A stretch of 63,979 bases of DNA, filler included, from Trichomonas gallinae (lineage: Eukaryota): the NCBI GenBank assembly GCA_008369845.1. It is 8 parts of 8 records of this genome, joined end to end, with 100 filler letters (N's around TTAATTAATTAA, not from the genome) between each part and the next. Parts side by side here need not be neighbours in the genome. Positions count along the whole stretch, not along the records: positions 52,244 to 59,509 come from MRSU01000529.1; positions 59,610 to 61,099 come from MRSU01000547.1; positions 61,200 to 62,839 come from MRSU01000554.1; positions 62,940 to 63,979 come from MRSU01000792.1; 4 more parts are not named here. One strand, written 5' to 3'. Each line of letters opens with the position of its first letter. The first letter of the stretch is position 1. The translations under genes and the position numbers were made by a program. This document shows positions 55,059-63,979 of this stretch, piece by piece. Below the pieces are notes generated by a model that ran no database searches, was not told where the DNA came from, and saw only the letters and a list, made by a program, of their open reading frames with translations.

Positions 55059-58000
55059 TTACTGCTTATATCTTCGCGCAAATGGGTTGGCATATCTATT
55101 AGGAAGTGGCTGGACAATGATGGCCATTTCGATGTCACCAGTTGGCTTTCCAGGAAGTCCGTAGCCAACTCTTCCTGTGTAAAGATAACCTTCTCCTCTG
55201 CTTTCTCCGCGCGATTCGATTCTGTTGTTTCTTTCTCGCCTTGAAAATCTTGGATTTCTCGATCTACTTGATTCCATGATTTCTTCTTTGTGTGGAATTA
55301 AAGGAGGATTTTCGAGTGGTGGTGACTTAGAGCGCCTTGGAGAGAAAGCTGGTGGTCTGACTTGGAAGTTCCTTGGTGATTGGACACTTTGTGGTTTGTT
55401 AGTATCATCGAATGATGGAGGAATGAATCCGGTATCTTTGAGTTCTTCGAACTCTTCACCTTCTTCTTGAGTTGTTTCAACATGAAGATTTATTGGATAT
55501 CTGTTCTTTGTTGGAGTCTCTGCGTTAAGTTCATCAAGAGTATCATCATTTTCGTTTTCTTGCTTCGGTTTGTCATTATTTTCGATGATTTGAACTCTTC
55601 TGTTTTCATTCTTCTTCTTTGGTGTTCCGAATAACACTTCATTGACAACTTTGGCTTTGTCTTCAATTTTATTTTCTTTCTTTTCATTGTCGTCAGCATT
55701 TCCTTCATTTTCATCATCTTCCTCTTCGGGGACATCATCTGCTTTTGTAAATACGTCGACTTTCTTTTGTTTGGGAGAAATTGAAATTGGACCACTTTTA
55801 GAGAGCTGTTCTTGTACTTGTATTTCTGTGTCTGAGTCACTCTCTGATTCAACTCTCATGTGGAATGTGCCTGATTTATTGAGTCTTGGTGACTCTGAGA
55901 CAATTTGCAGAGGCATTGTTCTGCCTAAGTTAAATGACGAAATACTCTGACTGAAGAATCTTGGCTGGCTTCCATTTGAAATTTTGATGTGCGAAACTCT
56001 GAGTGAAATTCCTTCCTCATTCTTGGTTAATGACTGTGTTAATGGATTCTTTGGCTTGTTCTTGAAATCATTTGAGAGTCTATTCATATCTATCATCGAA
56101 GATTTCCTTGGCTGAGCTCTGTAAATTCCATTCTTCGCTTGAACTTTGTCTTTGTTAGACAAAATCTCCAAACCTTTGATATTAACAGGTTTCGCCAATT
56201 TTTGTTTCTCAGCTTTCTCTTCACTATGTTCTTCTTTATCATCCTTTTCTTCGGCAATTTTTTCTGCTTCATTTTTTTCGTTTTCGGTTTGTTCAGCTTT
56301 TTCTTCCTCTTCTTTCTTTTGATTTTCTTGTTCTTGCTTAAGTCTTTCTGCTTCCTCCTCTTCTTCTTTATGCCTTCTAAGTTCTTCTTCGAGCTTCTGT
56401 TGCTTTAATGATTCCCTTCTTGCTTTCTTTTCTTGCCTTTCTTGCTCTTTCTCGATTTCTTTCTTGTATTTATCGAGCAAAGAGTTTACATTGATTTTGC
56501 TTTCTTCTTTCTTTTCCTCAGCTTGGCCAATCAAATCATTCTTGTTGCTATTGTTGCGCTCTGATGATGCCCTGACTTGTGGCTTAGGTTTGACACGACG
56601 AGGAATTGTGAACTCAATGTTACCTTTTCTTTCAAGTGGAACGAAAGGAACTTGCGCATCATCTGTGATTCTCTCCATTTCTTTGAGTATAACATATCTT
56701 TCTACTTCAGGGAGTTCTTTCATACTCCTTGAGTTCCTTGTCTCGATCTTCATTGGTTTCGGCGAAGGAAGGTTTTTCGCTGACGAAGTTGCTGAGTATT
56801 TTTCTGGTAGTATTCCGTTGATTATTGTTGGCGCTTTAACGAAGTGGTCGTCTTCATCATGCTGTGGCAATATTACGAACTCTTCTAGTGCTGGATCATC
56901 CGTATCAGCTTTGCACTTTAATTGAGGCTTCATCCATGGATATGTATCGTCTCTCTTTATCGCCATCAATTCGCTGTCGAGTCCGATCAACAAATCAATG
57001 TTTGGATTCAATAATGAAACCGTGTGGACATCATACGGAACTTCTATTGTCGTGATGTCTTCAGCGGATTGGCCGAAGTAAATAGTGTTTCCAGTTGTCA
57101 CTGCAATGAAAACGTGATTTTCGATGTTGACGAATTTGATTTTGTCGCTGCAAACGAAGACAGAAACCTCTGACCAACCTCCTTCTCTGATCTCATAGAC
57201 TTCAACTGAGCAGTCTCCGAAGCCCAATATAACTATATCATCATCGAAAGCAGCTGATATCGGCTTCTTATACAAACGAATTATCGCCGTGATCAAAAAT
57301 GTTTTTGTATCCATGAAAACTGCTTCGTTGTGGTAAATTATCAGAAGAGACCCGCTTCCGTAGTGGAAGTAAATAAAGAGCGGGACCTTCTGGTCAAATA
57401 GAATCCTTGTTAAAGGAGAATAATCTTCGTAATCGTAAACCAATAAATCACCAGTATCAGCGAAACAAAAGAAAACTAATCTTGGTGGTTCGAAAGCGCA
57501 ACCAACACAAACAATGCGCGGAGCAATGGGAAGCGTTGACTCATACTCCCAACTATCCTTCTTTTCAACGAATTGGAGGACTTTTTTGTCGCTGCTGACG
57601 AAAAACAATTTTTCATTTGATGATGTTTCGTAAACTTTTGAATTATATCTGATAATTCCTCTGTCGTATATGAAATTGCTGATATGTGATGACACTGTGC
57701 TGCCTGCTGATGTCAAGAACTGTCCGAGCGAAGGAGAAAACATCGATAGAAAAGAATCTGATGTCAAAACAGCAATTCTTGCTGCTTTGCTTAGACTTAT
57801 GCATCTCCTGACTTGTACTGGCTTGCATGAAAGCTTTCTGAATAAAACCCATGGGTTTTTAATCTTCAAAACATAATATGTGTTTGTAACTAAACAGCAA
57901 AGCCTTGGATACTTTCCACCAAATAATCTGATGCTCTTAGGTCTGCCAGACAATTGATAAATTGTCATGTTTTTGCCTGTTTTGACATCGAGTAATATGA

Positions 58001-58844
58001 CATCATTTGCTGTTGACACGAGAATAACGAATTCCGAGCTGAGGAATTCACTGAAAATGAAGTCATTGCTTCTTGTAATGTATTCGCACAGTAATTGGCC
58101 GGAAGAATGATATAATCTGACCCTACCATCGTCATTTGTTACGATATAGCGTTTGAAGTAAGTCAGATTGTTTTTCTGTTCCAATGTCATTGCGTTTTCG
58201 TCCAATTTGGGTGAAAAAATAAAAGATGCAGAATGTGCGACGAGATTTGACATTTTATCATTATCTTTGACGAGTTCGCCATTCATATTATATACACTGA
58301 ATCCGAATTTCGTTGGTACAAGGATTTTATCGCACGCTTTGTCGTGATACGCACGAAATCCTGGTTGAGGAATCTCGCTGATAGGAAATGTCTTGCGCAG
58401 CGATATTTCTATGCCAGGATTGTCTGCATATCTGTTCTTTGTAACTTTGAAATGCAAAAACGTAAGGGAAAATCCAACGAGAATTAAAGTGTCTGTCGAT
58501 TTAGAGTAAATAACTTGATTAACTGAGCTTGATTCGATATGATAATCTTTTATAATGGTTGGAAATCCTTTCTTTCCGTTCAATATTGTCATCAAAGGAG
58601 CTCCGGATTGAATTCCGATTAAAAGATTGCATTCATCGAGATATTCTACTGTTGAAAAGAGGTATGGGAATGATTCTGGTTGTTTTCCTTTGGAAAACAG
58701 ATATACTTGTCGCATTGTCGGTGATAAATACTTGTCTTTCGAGATTTGAGTGATGTAAGTGGGTCTAGAACCGGGAAACTCCATTGTCTGATCGATTTCT
58801 GCACCAAAACTAATTATATGCTTATATTCATTGTTTTCCAACAT
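55059..58844 (-). CDS. WD40-like beta-propeller protein with coiled coil and low-complexity tail
   Basis: About 1260 aa: beta-strand-rich N-terminal half, E/K-rich coiled coil, S/P/R-rich tail. Start could be 58844 or the next ATG (MEFPGS). Confidence 0.8.
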   Translation of the reverse strand: MLENNEYKHIISFGAEIDQTMEFPGSRPTYITQISKDKYLSPTMRQVYLFSKGKQPESFPYLFSTVEYLDECNLLIGIQSGAPLMTILNGKKGFPTIIKDYHIESSSVNQVIYSKSTDTLILVGFSLTFLHFKVTKNRYADNPGIEISLRKTFPISEIPQPGFRAYHDKACDKILVPTKFGFSVYNMNGELVKDNDKMSNLVAHSASFIFSPKLDENAMTLEQKNNLTYFKRYIVTNDDGRVRLYHSSGQLLCEYITRSNDFIFSEFLSSEFVILVSTANDVILLDVKTGKNMTIYQLSGRPKSIRLFGGKYPRLCCLVTNTYYVLKIKNPWVLFRKLSCKPVQVRRCISLSKAARIAVLTSDSFLSMFSPSLGQFLTSAGSTVSSHISNFIYDRGIIRYNSKVYETSSNEKLFFVSSDKKVLQFVEKKDSWEYESTLPIAPRIVCVGCAFEPPRLVFFCFADTGDLLVYDYEDYSPLTRILFDQKVPLFIYFHYGSGSLLIIYHNEAVFMDTKTFLITAIIRLYKKPISAAFDDDIVILGFGDCSVEVYEIREGGWSEVSVFVCSDKIKFVNIENHVFIAVTTGNTIYFGQSAEDITTIEVPYDVHTVSLLNPNIDLLIGLDSELMAIKRDDTYPWMKPQLKCKADTDDPALEEFVILPQHDEDDHFVKAPTIINGILPEKYSATSSAKNLPSPKPMKIETRNSRSMKELPEVERYVILKEMERITDDAQVPFVPLERKGNIEFTIPRRVKPKPQVRASSERNNSNKNDLIGQAEEKKEESKINVNSLLDKYKKEIEKEQERQEKKARRESLKQQKLEEELRRHKEEEEEAERLKQEQENQKKEEEEKAEQTENEKNEAEKIAEEKDDKEEHSEEKAEKQKLAKPVNIKGLEILSNKDKVQAKNGIYRAQPRKSSMIDMNRLSNDFKNKPKNPLTQSLTKNEEGISLRVSHIKISNGSQPRFFSQSISSFNLGRTMPLQIVSESPRLNKSGTFHMRVESESDSDTEIQVQEQLSKSGPISISPKQKKVDVFTKADDVPEEEDDENEGNADDNEKKENKIEDKAKVVNEVLFGTPKKKNENRRVQIIENNDKPKQENENDDTLDELNAETPTKNRYPINLHVETTQEEGEEFEELKDTGFIPPSFDDTNKPQSVQSPRNFQVRPPAFSPRRSKSPPLENPPLIPHKEEIMESSRSRNPRFSRRERNNRIESRGESRGEGYLYTGRVGYGLPGKPTGDIEMAIIVQPLPNRYANPFARRYKQ

Positions 58845-58894
58845 AAATTTTGACGTTTTTAATTTTTTAATTTTTATCAACACGTTTAAAATTT

Positions 58895-59029
58895 TGTCAT
58901 GTAAAATCGTTATTATTTAGTTTTGTCATGTAAACTATATTATTTTTGACATGTAAAAATCGTTGTTATTTTTGTCGTGTAAAGTCATTTTGTGTCACGT
59001 ATACTAAAATATTAATTTTGTCATGTAAA
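58895..59029 (+). promoter_or_regulatory. Array of six TG(A/T)CRYGTA motifs
   Basis: Copies at 58895, 58924, 58947, 58973, 58993 and 59019, directly upstream of the minus-strand gene. Confidence 0.6.
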
Positions 59030-59476
59030 TATTGTCACCAAAATTTTGTCATACAATCATGGAAAGTATGAATCTTTTGATGATCAAGCTTTGCTAGACA
59101 GTTTGATTCATTATCTATGATATTTAATAATTTCGTTAATAGTTTTGCACAACTGCAATTCAAAAAATCCTTTTGAAAATTGAATTTGAATTGGATAATA
59201 ATATCACATATGTTATCATGCGCTTCTAAATATGATACTTCTTAATTTGTAATATATTAAATTTTGGAAGAAAATATAGAACTGGAAAAAATTAAATAAA
59301 TTTCATATGGAATAGATTACCATTATAATCAAAATAATAACATCTTGACCATATTAGTATTGCTTCATGATTCTAACATGTGTATAATATAACTAACTAA
59401 AATATTTCCAGCAAAGGTTTTTTCTAAATTGTCACTTTTATCGTGGCACGATTATTGAAAGCATCAAGATGAATTT

Positions 59477-59509
<33 letters not shown>

Positions 59510-59609
59510 NNNNNNNNNNNNNNNNNNNNNNNNNNNNNNNNNNNNNNNNNNNNTTAATTAATTAANNNNNNNNNNNNNNNNNNNNNNNNNNNNNNNNNNN
59601 NNNNNNNNN
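59510..59609. other. Artificial contig linker
   Basis: N44-TTAATTAATTAA-N44, preceded by a 30-nt T run. Confidence 0.98.
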
Positions 59610-59682
59610 ATAAAATTGTCCTAACAATCTGACACGGCCACCGGCTTCGATACGGTTTACCGGCTTCAAAATGGGGTCACTG
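59610..59682 (-). mobile_element. Possible DNA-transposon end
   Basis: Minus strand starts CAGTGACCCC, with two GAAGCCGGT subterminal repeats; GC-rich island abutting the gap. Confidence 0.35.
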
Positions 59683-60104
59683 TCAATATTTCATCTTTTA
59701 CAAATAAAGCTAGCTATAAGATCTATATAAAGAACTCAACGAGATATGTGATTATGAATCGTGAAAATGAATAGTTATAGTTTAAATTAAAATTTAATGA
59801 AATATGATTTAAAAACACTCACATACTATGCTTTTGATCCAAAGATTATTCTCTTGCCTTTAAAATGGAAACTTTGCAATTATTTATTTTGTTGATTTTG
59901 AAAAAAGTATTTTTGCTGATGAATCATTCATTGCTTCAGTCAATTGAATTAAAACATTTTTTAAATGGCTCTAAAATGACATATTTTTCATTTTGCTAAT
60001 ATTAAATGATTCAAAAATGTGTAAATATGCAGGGAAAGTAGATTGTTTGGATTTAATTAGAGTAATGTAAACAAATTTTATTATTTGGTGATACAAAATA
60101 AATA

Positions 60105-60959
60105 TTATGCGATTGGCCTCCACTCATGGATAATTTTATTGAGTCTTCCGCACTCAGAAGGACCCTCTAAGAGACCTGATGGATTTGGCCTTGGCTTGAT
60201 TCCCTTCCTTCTAAGTAAGCCATTTCCAGTAATATGTGGTGCTTGTTTTGGAAACAGAACTTCATCGGCTAAGCAATCCAGAAGTGGAGTTCCCTTGACT
60301 GTTTTCATCTTTTTAGGTTCAGGAAGAGGCCCAGCTAACTTACTAAAGTCATCGTCTGTAATTGATTTAAATTCCGGTTTTTCTTTCGGCGCTGATTTAT
60401 TATCAAGCATTAAGTTCAATCTGCGTGCTTCTTGTGGTGATTCGTGATGTTTTGGAAGCTGGAATTGATCTTTAGGCTGTTCTGTTGATTCACTCTGCTC
60501 TTTAGTACTGTCATCTGCTGTCTCTGATGTTTCTTCCTTCTTGTCATCGTTTTCTTCCTCTTGTGGCTGATTGAATCTTTCTGGATATTTTGAAACTTTC
60601 TGAGAGTCGATTTCTATGTTTGTTTGCGACCCTGTGTATTTAACCAGCAGCGAATGCTGCGAAATTACTTCAACAACTTCAGCTTCGTAAAACATTGTTG
60701 ACCATTCGTTATCTGTTGCATCATACCAGAGGGCAATGATCTGCTCTCCTGGCTTGTAAGTCTCGTTCGGTTGTGGGAATGGAATTACACATGTCTGATC
60801 AACGACATATCTTTCGAAATTTTGATCTTCGCAATAATCATCGCGAACAATGCATTTATTATTTGGCTGTTTCTTTTCGAATTTGGACACGATCCAGGAA
60901 TAACTTTTTCCTGAATAGTTGACGAATGCTGCACAAGTTTGACCGTTCTTGATTTTCAT
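60105..60959 (-). CDS. SGF29-like tandem Tudor protein
   Basis: YKPGEQIIALWY...STMFYEAEV resembles the SGF29 second Tudor. AAAAGTGAC sits just before the ATG. Confidence 0.65.
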   Translation of the reverse strand: MKIKNGQTCAAFVNYSGKSYSWIVSKFEKKQPNNKCIVRDDYCEDQNFERYVVDQTCVIPFPQPNETYKPGEQIIALWYDATDNEWSTMFYEAEVVEVISQHSLLVKYTGSQTNIEIDSQKVSKYPERFNQPQEEENDDKKEETSETADDSTKEQSESTEQPKDQFQLPKHHESPQEARRLNLMLDNKSAPKEKPEFKSITDDDFSKLAGPLPEPKKMKTVKGTPLLDCLADEVLFPKQAPHITGNGLLRRKGIKPRPNPSGLLEGPSECGRLNKIIHEWRPIA

Positions 60960-61025
60960 TTGTCACTTTTCATCTGAAAAAATATTTACATGTCAAATTT
61001 TATTTATTTACGTGTCAGTAGTTAA

Positions 61026-61099
61026 GGGTGCAGTTACGCCCACTCGTAAACTTCAGAAATTTTTGACACTCCTTTTTTTGGTGTATTTTTGTACCTATT
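61026..61099 (+). mobile_element. Possible Kolobok-type transposon end
   Basis: TTAA then GGGTGCAGTTACGCCC, running into the gap. Confidence 0.35.
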
Positions 61100-61199
61100 N
61101 NNNNNNNNNNNNNNNNNNNNNNNNNNNNNNNNNNNNNNNNNNNTTAATTAATTAANNNNNNNNNNNNNNNNNNNNNNNNNNNNNNNNNNNNNNNNNNNN
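61100..61199. other. Artificial contig linker
   Basis: N44-TTAATTAATTAA-N44. Confidence 0.98.
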
Positions 61200-62839
61200 C
61201 AACAAGAAACCCCATGTTCTTGATAACTGTCAAATCAAATTTTCAGTGGCTGCAATTTCGGATATATTCTAACTGTCCTCAAGTTTATGTAAAGATTCAA
61301 GTTCTGACTTCTTTCCTGCAACAACCTCCTGAAGTTTATCATTGTTGGATTCAATTTGCGAAATTTTCTCCTTCAAATCATTATTTGGTTCACAAGAGAA
61401 GAATTTTGATCACTAAGCGATTTGGACTGAAACAGATGTTATGTCGCCCTTCTTTCTGGAAATGGTATTCTCAAGTGACATTTTCTTGCGTTCGATGTCC
61501 TGATTATGACTCCTCTTGTCAAAAAGTTGCTTATTGAGGTTAGCTAATGTAACTTCGAGTTCCTCAATCTTGTCATCAACATTTGGCATTGCTCCTAATT
61601 CCTTTTTCTTTGCTTCGATTGCATCAGCAAGGCACGAATGAAAGTGCTTGCACCTGGCGTAAGATTTCATCGTTCTTGCGTTGCTTAGCTGCAATATGTT
61701 AACATCATCAAGGCAAGGCGAGCCTGAAGTTTAGGTTGATCACACTTGATGTTATTCAGGTGTACTAATCGATTTCGCTTTGTAACGTGGCGATCTGATC
61801 GTTCATAACTGATTGCTCGTCTTCGTGAGCCTTCATTGCATCTACGAGCTTCTTGTCTAATGCATTCCGATGCTTTTCGAAAGAATCAATAGTCCGAGCG
61901 TTCTTGATCTTCTTGTCAGAGTCGACCTAAGATTGCTCTAATTCCTTTTCATTGGCTTCGATTTCACCAAACAATTTGCCAGTTTTGTCGTTCAATTTAG
62001 CTTGCTTTGTCAATAACTTGTGAAGCAGCTTGTGACTTAGCAGGGTCGATGACAGACTGGAGATCGTTGAACCTGGATTTAATCTCTGTGGTTTCTTCAG
62101 CAACAACAAGGATGTTATCGAGTTCTGCTTGTTTCTATGGAAGAGCGTTTGCAGTTAGGAGTTCGTCATTAGTAGCAAGTTTGTGCTCAATGATGCATTT
62201 GAGAGCTGAGAGTTAATTAGCTAAGTCTTCTGAATTGTTTTCAATAATTTCTCATGCATCATCGAGATCACGATGGCAGGGTGTTCATTCTCAGATCCTA
62301 TTTTAGCAATGAATGATTCCTTAAGACTCATTCAACTCAGATTTTTTTCTGCTTGATTTGATCTTCAAGTGAGTCATTAGAATTTGCAGCTGAGTCGTTC
62401 TTGGTATCTTCAATCTTGGATTCAAGATCCATAAGATTGCATCCTAGCTCAGATGACGTGTCTTCAACATCTGGAATGGAATCAAGTTCCTTCTGCTTGT
62501 CATTTATAGAATCTTGGAGTCTCTTTTTGCTGGATTCAGCTTCAGAGTTTTTCTGTTTCTTGTCAGAAATGCTTGTTCAGGTTTTGCAAGCTGTTCATTG
62601 AGATCATCGCTCTTATCGTCTACAGCTGGGATATTGTCGAGTTCTGCTTGTTTCCGTGTATCTTCGCTGGAATGAGCGAATTCAGCTTCTTTCGACGCCA
62701 TGGTAGCTTGTGTCAGAGTCAAGTTCGGTGGAGCGATCAACAACATCGGGTATGGACTCATGTTCTTTCTGCTATTCGGAAATGGCTTTTTGATTTTTCA
62801 GCCATGCTGACGAACTCTGAAATAGACTCCAGCTCTTGT
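61200..62839 (-). pseudogene. Degraded repetitive coiled-coil protein gene
   Basis: Short minus-strand ORFs with heptad, charged content (KKKELGAMPNVDDKIEELE, RKQAELDNIPAVDDKSDDL) broken by many stops and frameshifts. Confidence 0.7.
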
Positions 62840-62939
62840 NNNNNNNNNNNNNNNNNNNNNNNNNNNNNNNNNNNNNNNNNNNNTTAATTAATTAANNNNN
62901 NNNNNNNNNNNNNNNNNNNNNNNNNNNNNNNNNNNNNNN
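62840..62939. other. Artificial contig linker
   Basis: N44-TTAATTAATTAA-N44. Confidence 0.98.
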
Positions 62940-63178
62940 TAGAACATTGGGCGTTCAAACAAATCGAACATCATATTTCGAAAATGATCTGATTTTTCGA
63001 TTTTTTGCAATTCGTCAAACTTGAATTAAAAATTGGCCGGCCAGATTTTGTAATTTTTTTCAAATTTATAATTATCTTCCTTTGTCCTTTGTATCAATAA
63101 AGTTACATAGCTGATTAAACCATTTTATTACATTTATCCTGTAAAATTTCGATTTTCGAATTATTTAGAAAAATTAAA

Positions 63179-63979
63179 TTAAACCTTTTTCGTCCAACGC
63201 ATGTTACCCCTTGTGACATATTGATGATAGAAATAAAATTTAGCACGACTAATAGTTCGAGGCTTTGAAAAATCAATAATTTGTGGTCTACTTGAAAAAT
63301 ATGTGAATTTATGGGTGATATTATATGATCTGATTTGGTTATTAGTAGTAGATTCAGCGTATAAAGTTAGATTATGGACACCTTCAGAGAGAATTTCATT
63401 CAAAGAAAAATTAAATCTAAAACTTCCTATTTTTCGGTTTTGGTTAACATCTACAACTCCTAGTGAAATAAAAGCATTATTATCAATATTATAATACATG
63501 TTGCAATTTGATTGATATTCAAGTTGTCCTTCTAAAGTAAAGTTAGTGATTTCTGAAATATTAGACTCGATTCGTTTGCTTAAAGTAATTATTGGAATTG
63601 TGCTTGCAAATGTAAATTCCTTTGAATAGATATCAGATTTTATGTTATGCCTATCCAGAGCGTAAAAATATAGCTTGTGTTTCCCATCATATATATTTGG
63701 CTTCATCTTTTTATCAAATGTATTCGATGTGTAGGTTAAACAATAAGTATTCTTGTCATCATCATTAAAATAGTAATAAATCCAACAACGCGCCTTAACA
63801 TTTGAATCTTTATAGCCAACTGAACCAGAGATTATCAACTCTAAATTTTTATATTCAACAGTTATATTGAGTATTGGTTTTCTGCATTTATATCCAAAGG
63901 TAAAATTGAACATTTGACTGACACCTGAACATTGATTCCGAGCGAATATTGAAACCGTATTTTTTTCATTTAATCCATT
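63179..63979 (-). CDS. Bap-like (Ig-like repeat) surface protein fragment, 5' partial and apparently truncated
   Basis: Frame is open to the window end. Repeats GKHKLYFYALDRHNIKS and GVHNLTLYAES. Ends without the TM/NPLF tail. Confidence 0.7.
   Translation of the reverse strand, partial: NGLNEKNTVSIFARNQCSGVSQMFNFTFGYKCRKPILNITVEYKNLELIISGSVGYKDSNVKARCWIYYYFNDDDKNTYCLTYTSNTFDKKMKPNIYDGKHKLYFYALDRHNIKSDIYSKEFTFASTIPIITLSKRIESNISEITNFTLEGQLEYQSNCNMYYNIDNNAFISLGVVDVNQNRKIGSFRFNFSLNEILSEGVHNLTLYAESTTNNQIRSYNITHKFTYFSSRPQIIDFSKPRTISRAKFYFYHQYVTRGNMRWTKKV

Noticed and set aside
14409..62939. Seven identical TTAATTAATTAA palindromes within N runs
   Set aside because: Artificial six-frame-stop scaffolding linkers, not biological repeats; ORFs containing X residues are artefacts.

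Overview
AT-rich eukaryotic DNA, not prokaryotic. Intron-less genes, Inr-type (TCAYW) elements just before ATGs, AAAAGTGAC motifs, TAA+A stop/poly(A) signals and the gene families present (multi-TM PAS adenylate cyclases, Myb, ankyrin, Bap-like and Pmp-like surface proteins) point to a trichomonad, Trichomonas-like parabasalid. The window is eight contig pieces joined by seven artificial 100-bp N44-TTAATTAATTAA-N44 linkers, so adjacency across gaps is not reliable. It holds about 26 protein genes: Brl1/Brr6-like, SCAMP, Cdc20-like, CYRI/FAM49, GOST-type 7TM, Rae1, ankyrin, an adenylate-kinase-family enzyme with a CaaX tail, a three-repeat Myb, two TM cyclases, an APC amino-acid permease, two GT61-like proteins, VPS9-like, SGF29-like and several hypotheticals. 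It also holds two inverted tRNA-Asp(GTC) genes, several pseudogene relics and probable DNA-transposon ends beside the gaps. No CRISPR, rRNA or prophage is seen. The best leads are: (i) a recurrent TG(A/T)CRYGTAA element found in spaced clusters upstream of about ten genes, (ii) a 15-bp inverted repeat with AACGG cores upstream of the Myb gene, (iii) a 92-nt hairpin at 17638-17729, and (iv) a strongly codon-biased cyclase lacking the catalytic Asn/Arg. All family assignments come from motif recognition by eye; no searches were run.
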